Notes: generated from the letters alone by a model not told the origin. A stretch of 9,004 nucleotides of DNA from Candidatus Wukongarchaeum yapensis (GCA_016840425.1 JAEOSI010000079.1:1-9004); one strand, 5' to 3'; counted from the first letter of the stretch, positions 1 to 7,409 are shown. Numbers and translations are program-made.

Positions 1-1
1 C

Positions 2-259
2 AGGGGGAAGGTTGAACGCATGTTTTGTCAGGGTTGTCAGTCATGTGTAGAGGCATGTCCTTATGGCGTGGTATCATTTGGGGAGGAACATGTGATTAAT
101 GTTTCTCTGAGGGATACAGAAAACACTGAAAAATTAGCGAAACTTGACTATTTTAAAGTTATCGAGACACCAGAAGAAGCTGTTGACTTTATCATAGAAA
201 ACATGGGAAAAACTATTCCTAAAAGAGAAAACGAGGTTTTAAAAGTAAAATCGGAATGA
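2..259 (+). CDS. dmrX: 3' end (5'-truncated by window) of an archaeal 4Fe-4S flavoprotein, dihydromethanopterin reductase (acceptor) DmrX / AfpA family
   Basis: Frame is open from position 2 (RGKVERMF...), so ATG 20 is internal. Ferredoxin motif CQGCQSCVEACP is followed by a tail (INVSLRDTENTEKLAKLDYFKVIETPEE) resembling the 'R..D.EN...L......V...P' C-terminus I recall for MJ0208/DmrX-type proteins. Methanopterin-gene context supports this. The flavoprotein domain is outside the window. Confidence 0.65.
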   Translation, partial: RGKVERMFCQGCQSCVEACPYGVVSFGEEHVINVSLRDTENTEKLAKLDYFKVIETPEEAVDFIIENMGKTIPKRENEVLKVKSE

Positions 260-440
260 AAACAGTTTAAGCTCTTTTTTAATAGTTAGGTTTGATTTAT
301 TTTTTGGTGAGTGAAATATTTGTTTTCAAACGTTTAAAAACTTGTTTTAGGGACTTTTTCGATCCAAAATTAGGCTATAGAACCTTAAAGACAACTCATA
401 AACAGACTTTTTGTGGGGAACTGTTTTTACCGCCAAATTT

Positions 441-635
441 CTATTGTTTTTTCCTTCTAATTAATTCATAAAAAATTATAACTAATAGACAACCAAGAAT
501 GGTTTGAATCAACCCCTCAAAAGTGTCTACTAAAATAAAAACAATCATTGATCCCGTAATAAAAACAAGCCATATGAAAGCCGTGTCTCCTAGGCTTTCA
601 TTCAATCTATTTGATAGGCTTACTTCTTTCTCCAT
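441..635 (-). CDS. Small hypothetical membrane protein (64 aa, two predicted TM helices)
   Basis: Two hydrophobic stretches (AFIWLVFITGSMIVFILV; LIQTILGCLLVIIFYELI) and a basic C-terminus (RRKKQ). ATG at 635 preferred over TTG at 677 because GGAGGAGG (minus strand, 641-648) lies 5 nt upstream of it. Confidence 0.6.
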   Translation of the reverse strand: MEKEVSLSNRLNESLGDTAFIWLVFITGSMIVFILVDTFEGLIQTILGCLLVIIFYELIRRKKQ

Positions 636-716
636 TTTTTCCTCCTCCTGTGATTTCCTTCTTCTAAAAATATGCAACCATAATTTTATTTTTTTCTAAA
701 TAAATTTTTTTACTGC

Positions 717-791
717 GTGTTTTTTTGAAAGATAGTACTGAGAAGGTTTTAAGGAGTGTGTTTTTTTGAAAGATAGTACTGAGAAGGTTTT
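717..791 (+). repeat. Exact 34-bp direct repeat (717-750 and 758-791) separated by 7 bp
   Basis: GTGTTTTTTTGAAAGATAGTACTGAGAAGGTTTT occurs twice, with AAGGAGT between the copies (period 41 bp). The second copy contains the TTG start and first codons of the downstream CDS. Confidence 0.95.
725..769 (+). other. 14-codon upstream ORF (MKDSTEKVLRSVFF*) created by the duplication
   Basis: TTG at 725 reads to TGA at 767-769, overlapping the TTG start (766-768) of the main CDS. The ORF is visible in the sequence; its translation is unproven. Confidence 0.3.
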
Positions 792-2322
792 GGCTTTAAC
801 GGGGAAGGATGCTGAGAAGATAGTTAGAGAGTTTATTGAGGAGGCTAAAACTGAGGTTGAGTGCGATGTTAGGGTTCTCCCGATTAGTGTTGCTGCTTTT
901 ATGACTCCTAAACTGATTTTGGAGAATTTAGGTAAAGAGGATGTTAGTGGTTATGATGTTGTTTTTACGCCGGGTATGATGCGGGGAGATTTGGCGAAGG
1001 TGGGGGATTTTTTGGGTGTGCGGGTTTTAAAAGGTTCGCGTTATGCTTCTGATTTTCCACTGATTTTAGAGAATTTGGATCTTGATTATTCTACGGAAAG
1101 ACCTGCAGATCGGCTTCTTTTAGAGTTTAAGATTAATAAGGCTATGGAGATTATTGAATCTGCTAACGCTAAGCCTCTGGTTCTTTCGCGTAGTAATTTT
1201 ATGATTGGGAGGCTCAAGGTTGGTTTGGATTATCCTCCGAGAATAGTTGCAGAGGTGGTTGATGCTCCTAAACGCTCTAACGAATCTATTCTAGAGCTTG
1301 TTAAATATTATTTGGATAGCGGAGCGGAGATAATTGATGTGGGCGCTCTTGCAGGTCTCCCGAATCCTGAAAGGATCGGGGAGATAATTGGTTTGATTAA
1401 GGAGTTGTTTTCCGTGCCTGTAAGTGTTGATACTTTGGATGAGAGGGAGATTCTTGTGGGGGTTGAGGCGGGGGCAGAACTCATTCTTAGTATTGATTTT
1501 GGTAATTTGGAGGTTGTTGATAGTCTTTCTGAGGAAGTTGCTCTTACCGTGATTCCTACCAATGTTAAAAAGGGTTATATGCCTAAAAGTGCGAAGGAAA
1601 GGGTGGAAAACTCGTTAAAACTTAGAGATATTCTTCTTGAAAAGGGGTTTGAAAAGCTTTTGATAGATCCACTTCTTGAGTCAGCTGTTCATCCCGGACT
1701 AATGAATTCCCTTTTGTGTTATCATCTTTTTCGGGAAGCAGATTCTGTAACCCCAATGCTCATGGGAGTGGGGAATGTTGTAGAGCTTGCAGATGCAGAT
1801 AGCCCAGGAATGAACATGCTTTTAGCCGGTATTGCAGTAGAAGAAAATATTTCATGCATTCTTACAACGGAGGTTAGTGTAAAAAACACCTATTCTGTAA
1901 ACGAGTTAGTGAGGGGTAGGAACTTAGCTTTTGTATCAAACGTTAAAAAAGCCTACCCAAAAGATCAGGGTATAGATCTTTTAGTTGCAAAAAGCAAACG
2001 GAGAGGAGAACCTCTAGAGGATATAACAGGTATACCGCAGATAAAAGCTAAACCTGTTAAAGGATTTAAAATGGATCCTCTTGGCGTTTTTAGAATTTGG
2101 GTAAACCACACTGAAAAGGAGATCATGGTGGTACATTATAGTGCGGAAGGTGAGAAAACTAAAGCGTTCATAGGAAATTCTTCCCAAAATCTTTACAGGA
2201 AAATTCTAAATCAAGGTTTGGTTTCAGAAATGACCCATGCAGCTTACCTAGGAAGCGAATTATCAAAAGCTGAAGCCTGTCTGAAATTGGGGAAGACATA
2301 CATGCAAGACGAACCGTTTTGA
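766..2322 (+). CDS. mptH: Dihydropteroate synthase-related protein (MJ0107/MptH-like, methanopterin biosynthesis) with C-terminal DUF4346 domain
   Basis: N-terminal KVLALTGKDAE...VLPISVAAFMTP...GSRYASDFP; pterin-binding barrel motifs RIVAEVVDAP, GAEIIDVG, PVSVDTLD, LIDPLL, GVGNVVELADADSPGMN; C-terminal MDPLGVFRI...HAAYLGSELSKAEACLKLGKTYMQD. SD-like AAGGAG at 751-756. Confidence 0.88.
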   Translation: MKDSTEKVLALTGKDAEKIVREFIEEAKTEVECDVRVLPISVAAFMTPKLILENLGKEDVSGYDVVFTPGMMRGDLAKVGDFLGVRVLKGSRYASDFPLILENLDLDYSTERPADRLLLEFKINKAMEIIESANAKPLVLSRSNFMIGRLKVGLDYPPRIVAEVVDAPKRSNESILELVKYYLDSGAEIIDVGALAGLPNPERIGEIIGLIKELFSVPVSVDTLDEREILVGVEAGAELILSIDFGNLEVVDSLSEEVALTVIPTNVKKGYMPKSAKERVENSLKLRDILLEKGFEKLLIDPLLESAVHPGLMNSLLCYHLFREADSVTPMLMGVGNVVELADADSPGMNMLLAGIAVEENISCILTTEVSVKNTYSVNELVRGRNLAFVSNVKKAYPKDQGIDLLVAKSKRRGEPLEDITGIPQIKAKPVKGFKMDPLGVFRIWVNHTEKEIMVVHYSAEGEKTKAFIGNSSQNLYRKILNQGLVSEMTHAAYLGSELSKAEACLKLGKTYMQDEPF

Positions 2323-2370
2323 AAACTGTGGGGAAAAAAATAGGTTACGGAAAATATTGGTGAAAAAATT

Positions 2371-3784
2371 ATGGAGCATGAGGATTTAGCGGATTATGCG
2401 GTAGAACAAGGGTTAAGGGAGGGGGCGTCTTATGTTGAAGCGCGTCTTGAGGGGGTTATGGGGGATCAATTATTATTGAAAAATGGTAATTTGGAGGTTG
2501 GAGGGTTTTTTAGAAGGTATGGGTTAGGTGTGCGGGTTTTAGTGGACGGGGCTTTGGGGTTTTGTAGTCTGAACTATTTTTCAACGAGGAAAAAGGTCAG
2601 GGAAGTTGTTAGTAATGCGGTTAGGCTGGCGAAATATTCTTCGAAGCTTAGAAGGGAACCGATAAAGTTTTCGGATGAGGAGTGTGTGGATGCACGTTAT
2701 GAGGGTAAGTTTAGGGAAAATGTTTAGATATTGGTTTAGAAGAGAAAATTTCTCTTCTTGTTGATGTAGATAAAGCGGTGGATGTTGGTTTTTCTGATGT
2801 TTTTGTTCCTTTTAGATTAATGCATTTGCTTAGTGCTAATACTGAAAAGTATTTAGTTACTAGTGAGGTAGTAGGGTAAGTTCTTTCATACCGCGGATTT
2901 TTTTCACTTGTTTACTTACAGCTTTTAACAAGGTGAAGAAACAGATTGAACATGGGCCGATACATAAGGGGGCTTCTGGTGGATGGGAAATCGTTTTTGA
3001 TTGGGATTTGGGAAGAATTGTTGAGAAGGAGGTTGAGATTCTTTCAAAGATTCTGAGGGAAAGAAGAGAACCTCCGAAAGGTTTTATTGATTGTGTTATT
3101 GGTATCAATATTACAGGGATTGCATCTCATGAGAATTGCGGTCATCCGAGTGAGGCTGACCGTATTTTGGGGCGCGAGGGGGCGCAAGCGGGTGAGTCTT
3201 TTCTGAATAGAGAGATGTGGGGTCAGAGGATAGTGAGTGAGGAGGTTACGATTGTTGATGATCCTACTTTGGAGGGATCTTTTGGCTTTTATCTTTTTGA
3301 TGATGAGGGGGCGCCTACTCAAAAAACGATGATAATTGAAAGAGGGGTTTTAAAGGGGTTTATACATAATACAAGCACCGCAAAACGCTATAACGCAAAA
3401 ACTACCGGCAATGCAGGGATAATTTCCCAAAGGTCAAGTAATTTAGTGTTTGAGCCAGGAGATTACTCTTTTGAAGAACTTTTAAGCGAAACAGGGGACA
3501 ATCCTATGCTATATATAACTTCCTCTCGCTATACAAGATTTACAAACAGGGCTGAAGGAACGTTTTCTTCAATACCAAGGGATGGAGTGTTCCTAATTAA
3601 AAATGGGGAGTTATGGAAGCCTGTACGTGGTCTTCGGATTTCAGACAACATGTTAAACATTTTTAAAAACACGGTAGGGCTTAGCAAAGAAAGACAGCAA
3701 ATTAAGTGGTGGGAGGTAACAACCCCCACAGTTTCACCCTTCTTCTTGGTGCGAAATTGCTTGATGACTAGAGCTACCCAATAG
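2371..3784 (+). pseudogene. tldD: TldD/PmbA-family metalloprotease gene interrupted by two single-base deletions; apparently a TldD(N)-TldE(C) hybrid
   Basis: Frame 1 (2371 to ~2724) gives a TldD N-terminus (GASYVEAR...GLGVRVLVDGALGF). Frame 3 (~2724-2867) continues LDIGLEEKISLL...KYLVTSE. Frame 2 (2867-3784) continues GSRVSSFIPR...GASGGWE...HENCGHPSEADRILGRE. Adding one base at ~2715-2725 and one at ~2867 gives a 1416-nt, 471-aa ORF of normal TldD size. Confidence 0.88.
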
Positions 3785-3813
3785 CTAACGTGATTAAAAA
3801 CGGAAAAACAGGG

Positions 3814-3823
3814 TTTTTATATT
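3814..3823 (+). promoter_or_regulatory. Putative archaeal TATA box for the nitroreductase gene
   Basis: TTTTTATATT with an A-rich BRE-like stretch upstream (GGAAAAAC), about 50 nt before ATG 3873. Motif match only. Confidence 0.45.
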
Positions 3824-3872
3824 TATTTTAAAATAATATCGATATTTGATCTGTTTAGGGCGTGTTTTTCCT

Positions 3873-4394
3873 ATGGATCTTTTTGAAGCTATAAAGAGAA
3901 GAAGAAGCATCAGGGATTATACCAACGAAGATGTTTCAGAGGAGGATTTAGAAAAAATTTTAGAGGCAGCTATTTGGGCGCCTTCTGCGGGTAATCGTCA
4001 AGCATGGGATTTTGTTGTTGTACGGGATGATTCGGTTAAAAAAGCGCTTGTTAGGGCTGCTTTAGGGCAAAGATTTATTGCAGAAGCGTCCGTAGCGATC
4101 GTTGTTTGTGCAAATATGGAGCGTTCTGCATCACGTTACGGATCGCGTGGTAGCGGACTTTACTGCATCCAAGATACTGCTACTGCTATCCAAAACATGC
4201 TTCTTACAGTGACAGCTTTAGGGCTTGGAGCTTGTTGGATCGGAGCCTTTTATGAAGAAGAGGTAGCAAAAATATTAGAACTTCCAAGGGGTGTTAGACC
4301 GATAGCCATAATACCAATAGGCCATCCAGCGAGGGTGCCGCAGGCACCGCCACGGTTTAGATTGGCAGATGTTTTGCACTATGAGAAGTGGTAA
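3873..4394 (+). CDS. Nitroreductase-family FMN-dependent oxidoreductase (173 aa)
   Basis: MDLFEAIKRRRSIRDY, APSAGNRQAWDFVVV, QNMLLTVTALGLGACWIGAF, IIPIGHP are typical nitroreductase motifs. ATG 3873 preferred over TTG 3846 because homologs begin at M-D/E-x-x-E-A-I. Confidence 0.92.
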   Translation: MDLFEAIKRRRSIRDYTNEDVSEEDLEKILEAAIWAPSAGNRQAWDFVVVRDDSVKKALVRAALGQRFIAEASVAIVVCANMERSASRYGSRGSGLYCIQDTATAIQNMLLTVTALGLGACWIGAFYEEEVAKILELPRGVRPIAIIPIGHPARVPQAPPRFRLADVLHYEKW

Positions 4395-4438
4395 AAATCG
4401 TTTAAAAAGAGGAAAAAAATTTCGGGGTGCTTTGTTTT

Positions 4439-4621
4439 CTATTCTCTTTTTTTAGAAGGATTGCTTTTATGCTTTTTCGGCGCACATGAGGCACATAAAC
4501 CAGTTATAGCATCGTGACAACCTACGCAAGTAATTTTCCTACAAAGAATACAGCGCCTGGTAGAAGATGTCGTTTTTCTACATATTTCACAAACGAAATA
4601 ATTTTTATCCTGGTTTTGCAA
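4439..4621 (-). CDS. Small Cys-rich zinc-finger protein (60 aa)
   Basis: Pattern C-x2-C-x9-C-x2-C-x4-C-x2-C-x7-C-x2-C; co-oriented 41 bp downstream of UDG; TTG start. Confidence 0.7.
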   Translation of the reverse strand: MQNQDKNYFVCEICRKTTSSTRRCILCRKITCVGCHDAITGLCASCAPKKHKSNPSKKRE

Positions 4622-4662
4622 AGAAATCCCCTGGTTAAACCTTTTCTAAATGGATTAGGGTT

Positions 4663-5268
4663 TCATATTTTTGATTTTTTATAATGGTTAAAGTTATTAA
4701 GGGTTATTTTTGCATTTTTTGATAGTTTCTCTAAAGTTTTTATATCTGCGAATAAGGTATCTTTAAGTTTTGGATTGTAAAGTGCCGCGGCAGGGTGGTA
4801 CAATGGCAGATAGGTAATTTTTCCCATTTTTTTGAGTTTTCCATGTTCTTTTGATATTGATAGTTTTTTATCGATTAATGTTTCTGATGCTATTCTTCCA
4901 AGTGTACATATTATCGAGGGTTTTATTAGCGAGGTTTGCTTTCTTAGGTAGTGTAAACATGTAGTTATTTCTTCTTTTGTGGGTTCTCGGTTTTTTGGAG
5001 GGCGACATTTAACGATGTTTGTGATGTAGACATCAGTTCTTGAGAGACCGATAGAGGATAAAAGACTTGTAAGAAGCTTGCCTGCTTCGCCTACGAAGGG
5101 TAGACCTTGTCTGTCTTCTTGTACTCCTGGCGCTTCTCCGACTAATATTATGTCTGCGTTTAGTGATCCATCGCCGGGTACAGCATTTTTTCTCGTTAGT
5201 GATAGTTTACATTTTGTGCATTTGAGGATCTCTTGGGCAAGTTTTTTCAGTTCAGCAACTTTTTCCAT
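4663..5268 (-). CDS. udg: Family-4 (4Fe-4S) uracil-DNA glycosylase
   Basis: [42 protein letters not shown], second cluster Cys in TTCLHYL, and LYHPAAALY. Confidence 0.96.
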   Translation of the reverse strand: MEKVAELKKLAQEILKCTKCKLSLTRKNAVPGDGSLNADIILVGEAPGVQEDRQGLPFVGEAGKLLTSLLSSIGLSRTDVYITNIVKCRPPKNREPTKEEITTCLHYLRKQTSLIKPSIICTLGRIASETLIDKKLSISKEHGKLKKMGKITYLPLYHPAAALYNPKLKDTLFADIKTLEKLSKNAKITLNNFNHYKKSKI

Positions 5269-5358
5269 TTTTTAAAAACCTGCCTTTTTGGATATTTGCT
5301 GGTCTTAATAGACAATAATTTGGTATAGACGAACTTTTTATTATATTTTTATCCTTCG

Positions 5359-5372
5359 GGAGGTTGGAGGTT
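5359..5372 (+). promoter_or_regulatory. Tandem Shine-Dalgarno-like motif GGAGGTT-GGAGGTT
   Basis: Two adjacent copies; the second GGAGG (5366-5370) lies 6 nt before ATG 5377. Confidence 0.65.
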
Positions 5373-5376
5373 AAAA

Positions 5377-5664
5377 ATGGTTAGAGTTAACATAATTTTT
5401 AGAGGGGCTCTTTTAATGGTGTTCTTTTTTGATTCTTCTTCAGCTTCCCCTGATTTGTTGATAGAAAAATGGTTTGAGAAGGGATTTAGACGGGCTATAG
5501 AGATTTTCATAGCTTTTATTCCGTTGTTTTTCATGCTGGGGTTATGCCTTATTGTTTTAGGTGCTATACTCTTTCTTTCTGATATTTCGCAAAGGAGTGG
5601 AAGATCCTTTATTATTTGGGGGATATTTTTCGTAGTAGTGACATCTGCCCCTGCAATAACATAG
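5377..5664 (+). CDS. Small hypothetical membrane protein (95 aa; possible leader plus two TM helices)
   Basis: Strong SD. Hydrophobic N-terminal segment ending SSSA, an amphipathic stretch, then TM1 (IFIAFIPLFFMLGLCLIVLGAILFL), a short loop (SDISQRSGR) and TM2 (SFIIWGIFFVVVTSA). Confidence 0.7.
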   Translation: MVRVNIIFRGALLMVFFFDSSSASPDLLIEKWFEKGFRRAIEIFIAFIPLFFMLGLCLIVLGAILFLSDISQRSGRSFIIWGIFFVVVTSAPAIT

Positions 5665-5718
5665 GATAGGATCTAAAAAAGTTATAAAAGTTTTAAAAAT
5701 TGGGCGTTTTGCGACTTT

Positions 5719-7212
5719 TTAATATGATCTCGCAATGTACACTATTTTTGTAGCTTTTTCACCGCATACGATGCAGGTTCCTTCCGGTTTTTCATCAAAG
5801 TCTATTCGTGTACCCCTTACATCTGCTGTTAGTTCCTCTTTTATTTTTGCTGCACAGGGTTCACCTTCCATATCTGTTGAGCAGAAGGGAGCCCTTGCAA
5901 CTTCGTTATTTTCAATTATTGTCTTTAGGTCTTCGTAAGTTTTTGCATCTTTGAATACCGCGGCATGTTTTTCTTTTGCTCTTGTTTTTAGGTTTTCAAG
6001 GATTTTTTCTTCGAGTTCTTTCAGCTTGTTTAAAAGTTCTTCTTCTTTAATCTCCATTTTTTCATCAATGTCTCGTCTATAAAGGGTAAGTTTTCCGCTT
6101 TCAACTTCTCTTGGACCGATTTCAAGCCTAACAGGAACACCTTTCATTTCCCAGTAATAATATTTGTCCCCAGGAGATTTGTCGCTGTCATCGATTGATG
6201 CCCTTATTCCTTCTTTTTGGAGGAGTGAGAGGAGGTCTTTGCATTTCTCGTTTACTTTTTCTATCTTTCCTTTAACGGTTATAGGGATAATTGTTACTTG
6301 TATGGGGGCAAGTTTAAAGGGCAAAATTAGACCTTTTTTGTCTCCATGAGCTGTAATTAGCGCGGCGTAAATTCTTGATATAGCGGGGCCATAACAGGTT
6401 TGATAGACATATTTCATCTTTAGGTCTTTGTCTTGAAACATGATTTTGAAGGGTTTGGCAAAGTTTTGTCCTAGGAGGTGTGTTGAGGGTAGTTGAAGCA
6501 TTTTGCCGTTGGGCATAAGAAAGTCTGAGCCGTAAGTGTTTATTGCCCCGGCGAATTTGTCCCATTGAGGTCTTTGGAAAAAGATGAAGGGTATTCCAAA
6601 CTGTTCAGTCATTATTTCGTTTGTTGTTTCCATATCTTCTATGACCTGTTTTTCTGCTTCTTCTAGGGTGGAAAAAGCGTTATGGGTTTCAATCCAATAA
6701 AATTCCCTGCTCCTTATGAAAGGTTTAGTTGCTTTACCTTCATACCTCCATACTTGACAGCTCTGATATCTTTTGAAGGGTAACTGTTGATAACTCTTTA
6801 TCCAAAGGGAATAAAGTTGATAGAAAGCAGTCTCCGACGTAGGTCTTAAGGCTAATTTTTCCTCTAAAGGCTCGCCAGCACCATGCTCCGTAATCCAAAA
6901 CACTTCAGGTGTGAAGCCGTCTACGTGTTCTTTTTCTAACATAAAGTTTCTCTCAGGGATCGCTGCAGGAAACATGACAGGTAAATGACCTTTCTTTTCA
7001 AGGGTTTCTTCATACATCCTATACATTATCTTCATAGTAACTGTAGACCATGATTGAAAAACTACGAAACCTTTTACACCATACCTTAAATCAGCTAGCT
7101 CCGCCACTTCACAGATTTTATTATACCATTCAGTGAAATTTTTGTCTTTATCGATGCTGAAAGTTATTTTCTCTTTTGTTTGCAACTTTTCTTCTTGTAC
7201 TTCTTCAACCAT
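5719..7212 (-). CDS. proS: Proline--tRNA ligase, archaeal/eukaryotic type
   Basis: FTEWYNKI, LALRPTSET, motif 2 WRYEGKATKPFIRSREFYWIETH, STHLLGQNFAKPF, QTCYG-ISR, APIQVTIIP, KGVPVRLEIGPR, C-terminal Zn site (C...CIVCG) and terminal IARSY. GGTGG SD-like motif upstream. Confidence 0.98.
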   Translation of the reverse strand: MVEEVQEEKLQTKEKITFSIDKDKNFTEWYNKICEVAELADLRYGVKGFVVFQSWSTVTMKIMYRMYEETLEKKGHLPVMFPAAIPERNFMLEKEHVDGFTPEVFWITEHGAGEPLEEKLALRPTSETAFYQLYSLWIKSYQQLPFKRYQSCQVWRYEGKATKPFIRSREFYWIETHNAFSTLEEAEKQVIEDMETTNEIMTEQFGIPFIFFQRPQWDKFAGAINTYGSDFLMPNGKMLQLPSTHLLGQNFAKPFKIMFQDKDLKMKYVYQTCYGPAISRIYAALITAHGDKKGLILPFKLAPIQVTIIPITVKGKIEKVNEKCKDLLSLLQKEGIRASIDDSDKSPGDKYYYWEMKGVPVRLEIGPREVESGKLTLYRRDIDEKMEIKEEELLNKLKELEEKILENLKTRAKEKHAAVFKDAKTYEDLKTIIENNEVARAPFCSTDMEGEPCAAKIKEELTADVRGTRIDFDEKPEGTCIVCGEKATKIVYIARSY

Positions 7213-7337
7213 GTTTTAACGCCACCGCTTTCACAAGTTCCACTAAAAACCAAAAAAGCATAACCAAGTACAATTTTTGCTCAATAATTTAAGTAATTGA
7301 ACAGGGAAAAAACTTAGTTTTTTAGTTTAAATGTTTT

Positions 7338-7375
7338 GTTTTTATTTTTTAAAAAGTTAGGAAAAAAATAAAAAC
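7338..7375. terminator. Perfect 13-bp inverted repeat with T-tracts on both strands; candidate terminator of fae-hps
   Basis: GTTTTTATTTTTT (7338-7350) and AAAAAATAAAAAC (7363-7375) with a 12-nt loop. On the minus strand a T-tract starts about 35 nt after the fae-hps stop, as expected for archaeal oligo-U termination. Confidence 0.45.
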
Positions 7376-7409
7376 GTTAGTTTTTGGGGTATATTTCTTT
7401 ACTTTGGCT

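Noticed and set aside
259-427. MITE-like element bounded by AAAACAGTT / AACTGTTTT
   Set aside because: Only 9 bp in AT-rich DNA, no clear target-site duplication, and it overlaps the upstream stop codon; consistent with chance.
717-791. Mini-CRISPR array reading of the 34-bp repeats
   Set aside because: Only two copies, a 7-bp spacer, the repeat is the coding start of the next gene, and no cas genes are present.
2714-2725. Programmed -1 ribosomal frameshift at GGGAAAA
   Set aside because: In the translated frame the heptamer is G_GAA_AAT, not a canonical X_XXY_YYZ site, and a second shift with no slippery site would also be needed.
2725-2727. Pyrrolysine or stop read-through of the TAG in tld
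   Set aside because: The same frame meets another TAG at 2737-2739, and the homologous sequence continues in a different frame.
3296-3421. Composition change near the tld junction as independent proof of chimerism
   Set aside because: Intact genes in the window show the same 5'-to-3' G/T to A/C drift, so it is not diagnostic; the chimera claim rests on protein motifs only.
2933-3784. Treating the 283-aa ORF as an independent gene
   Set aside because: Its frame is open from 2867 and continues the upstream TldD-like sequence, so GTG 2933 is an internal codon.
5349-5534. 61-aa minus-strand ORF
   Set aside because: Antisense to the 5377-5664 ORF, which has a strong SD and coherent membrane topology; no recognisable motif.
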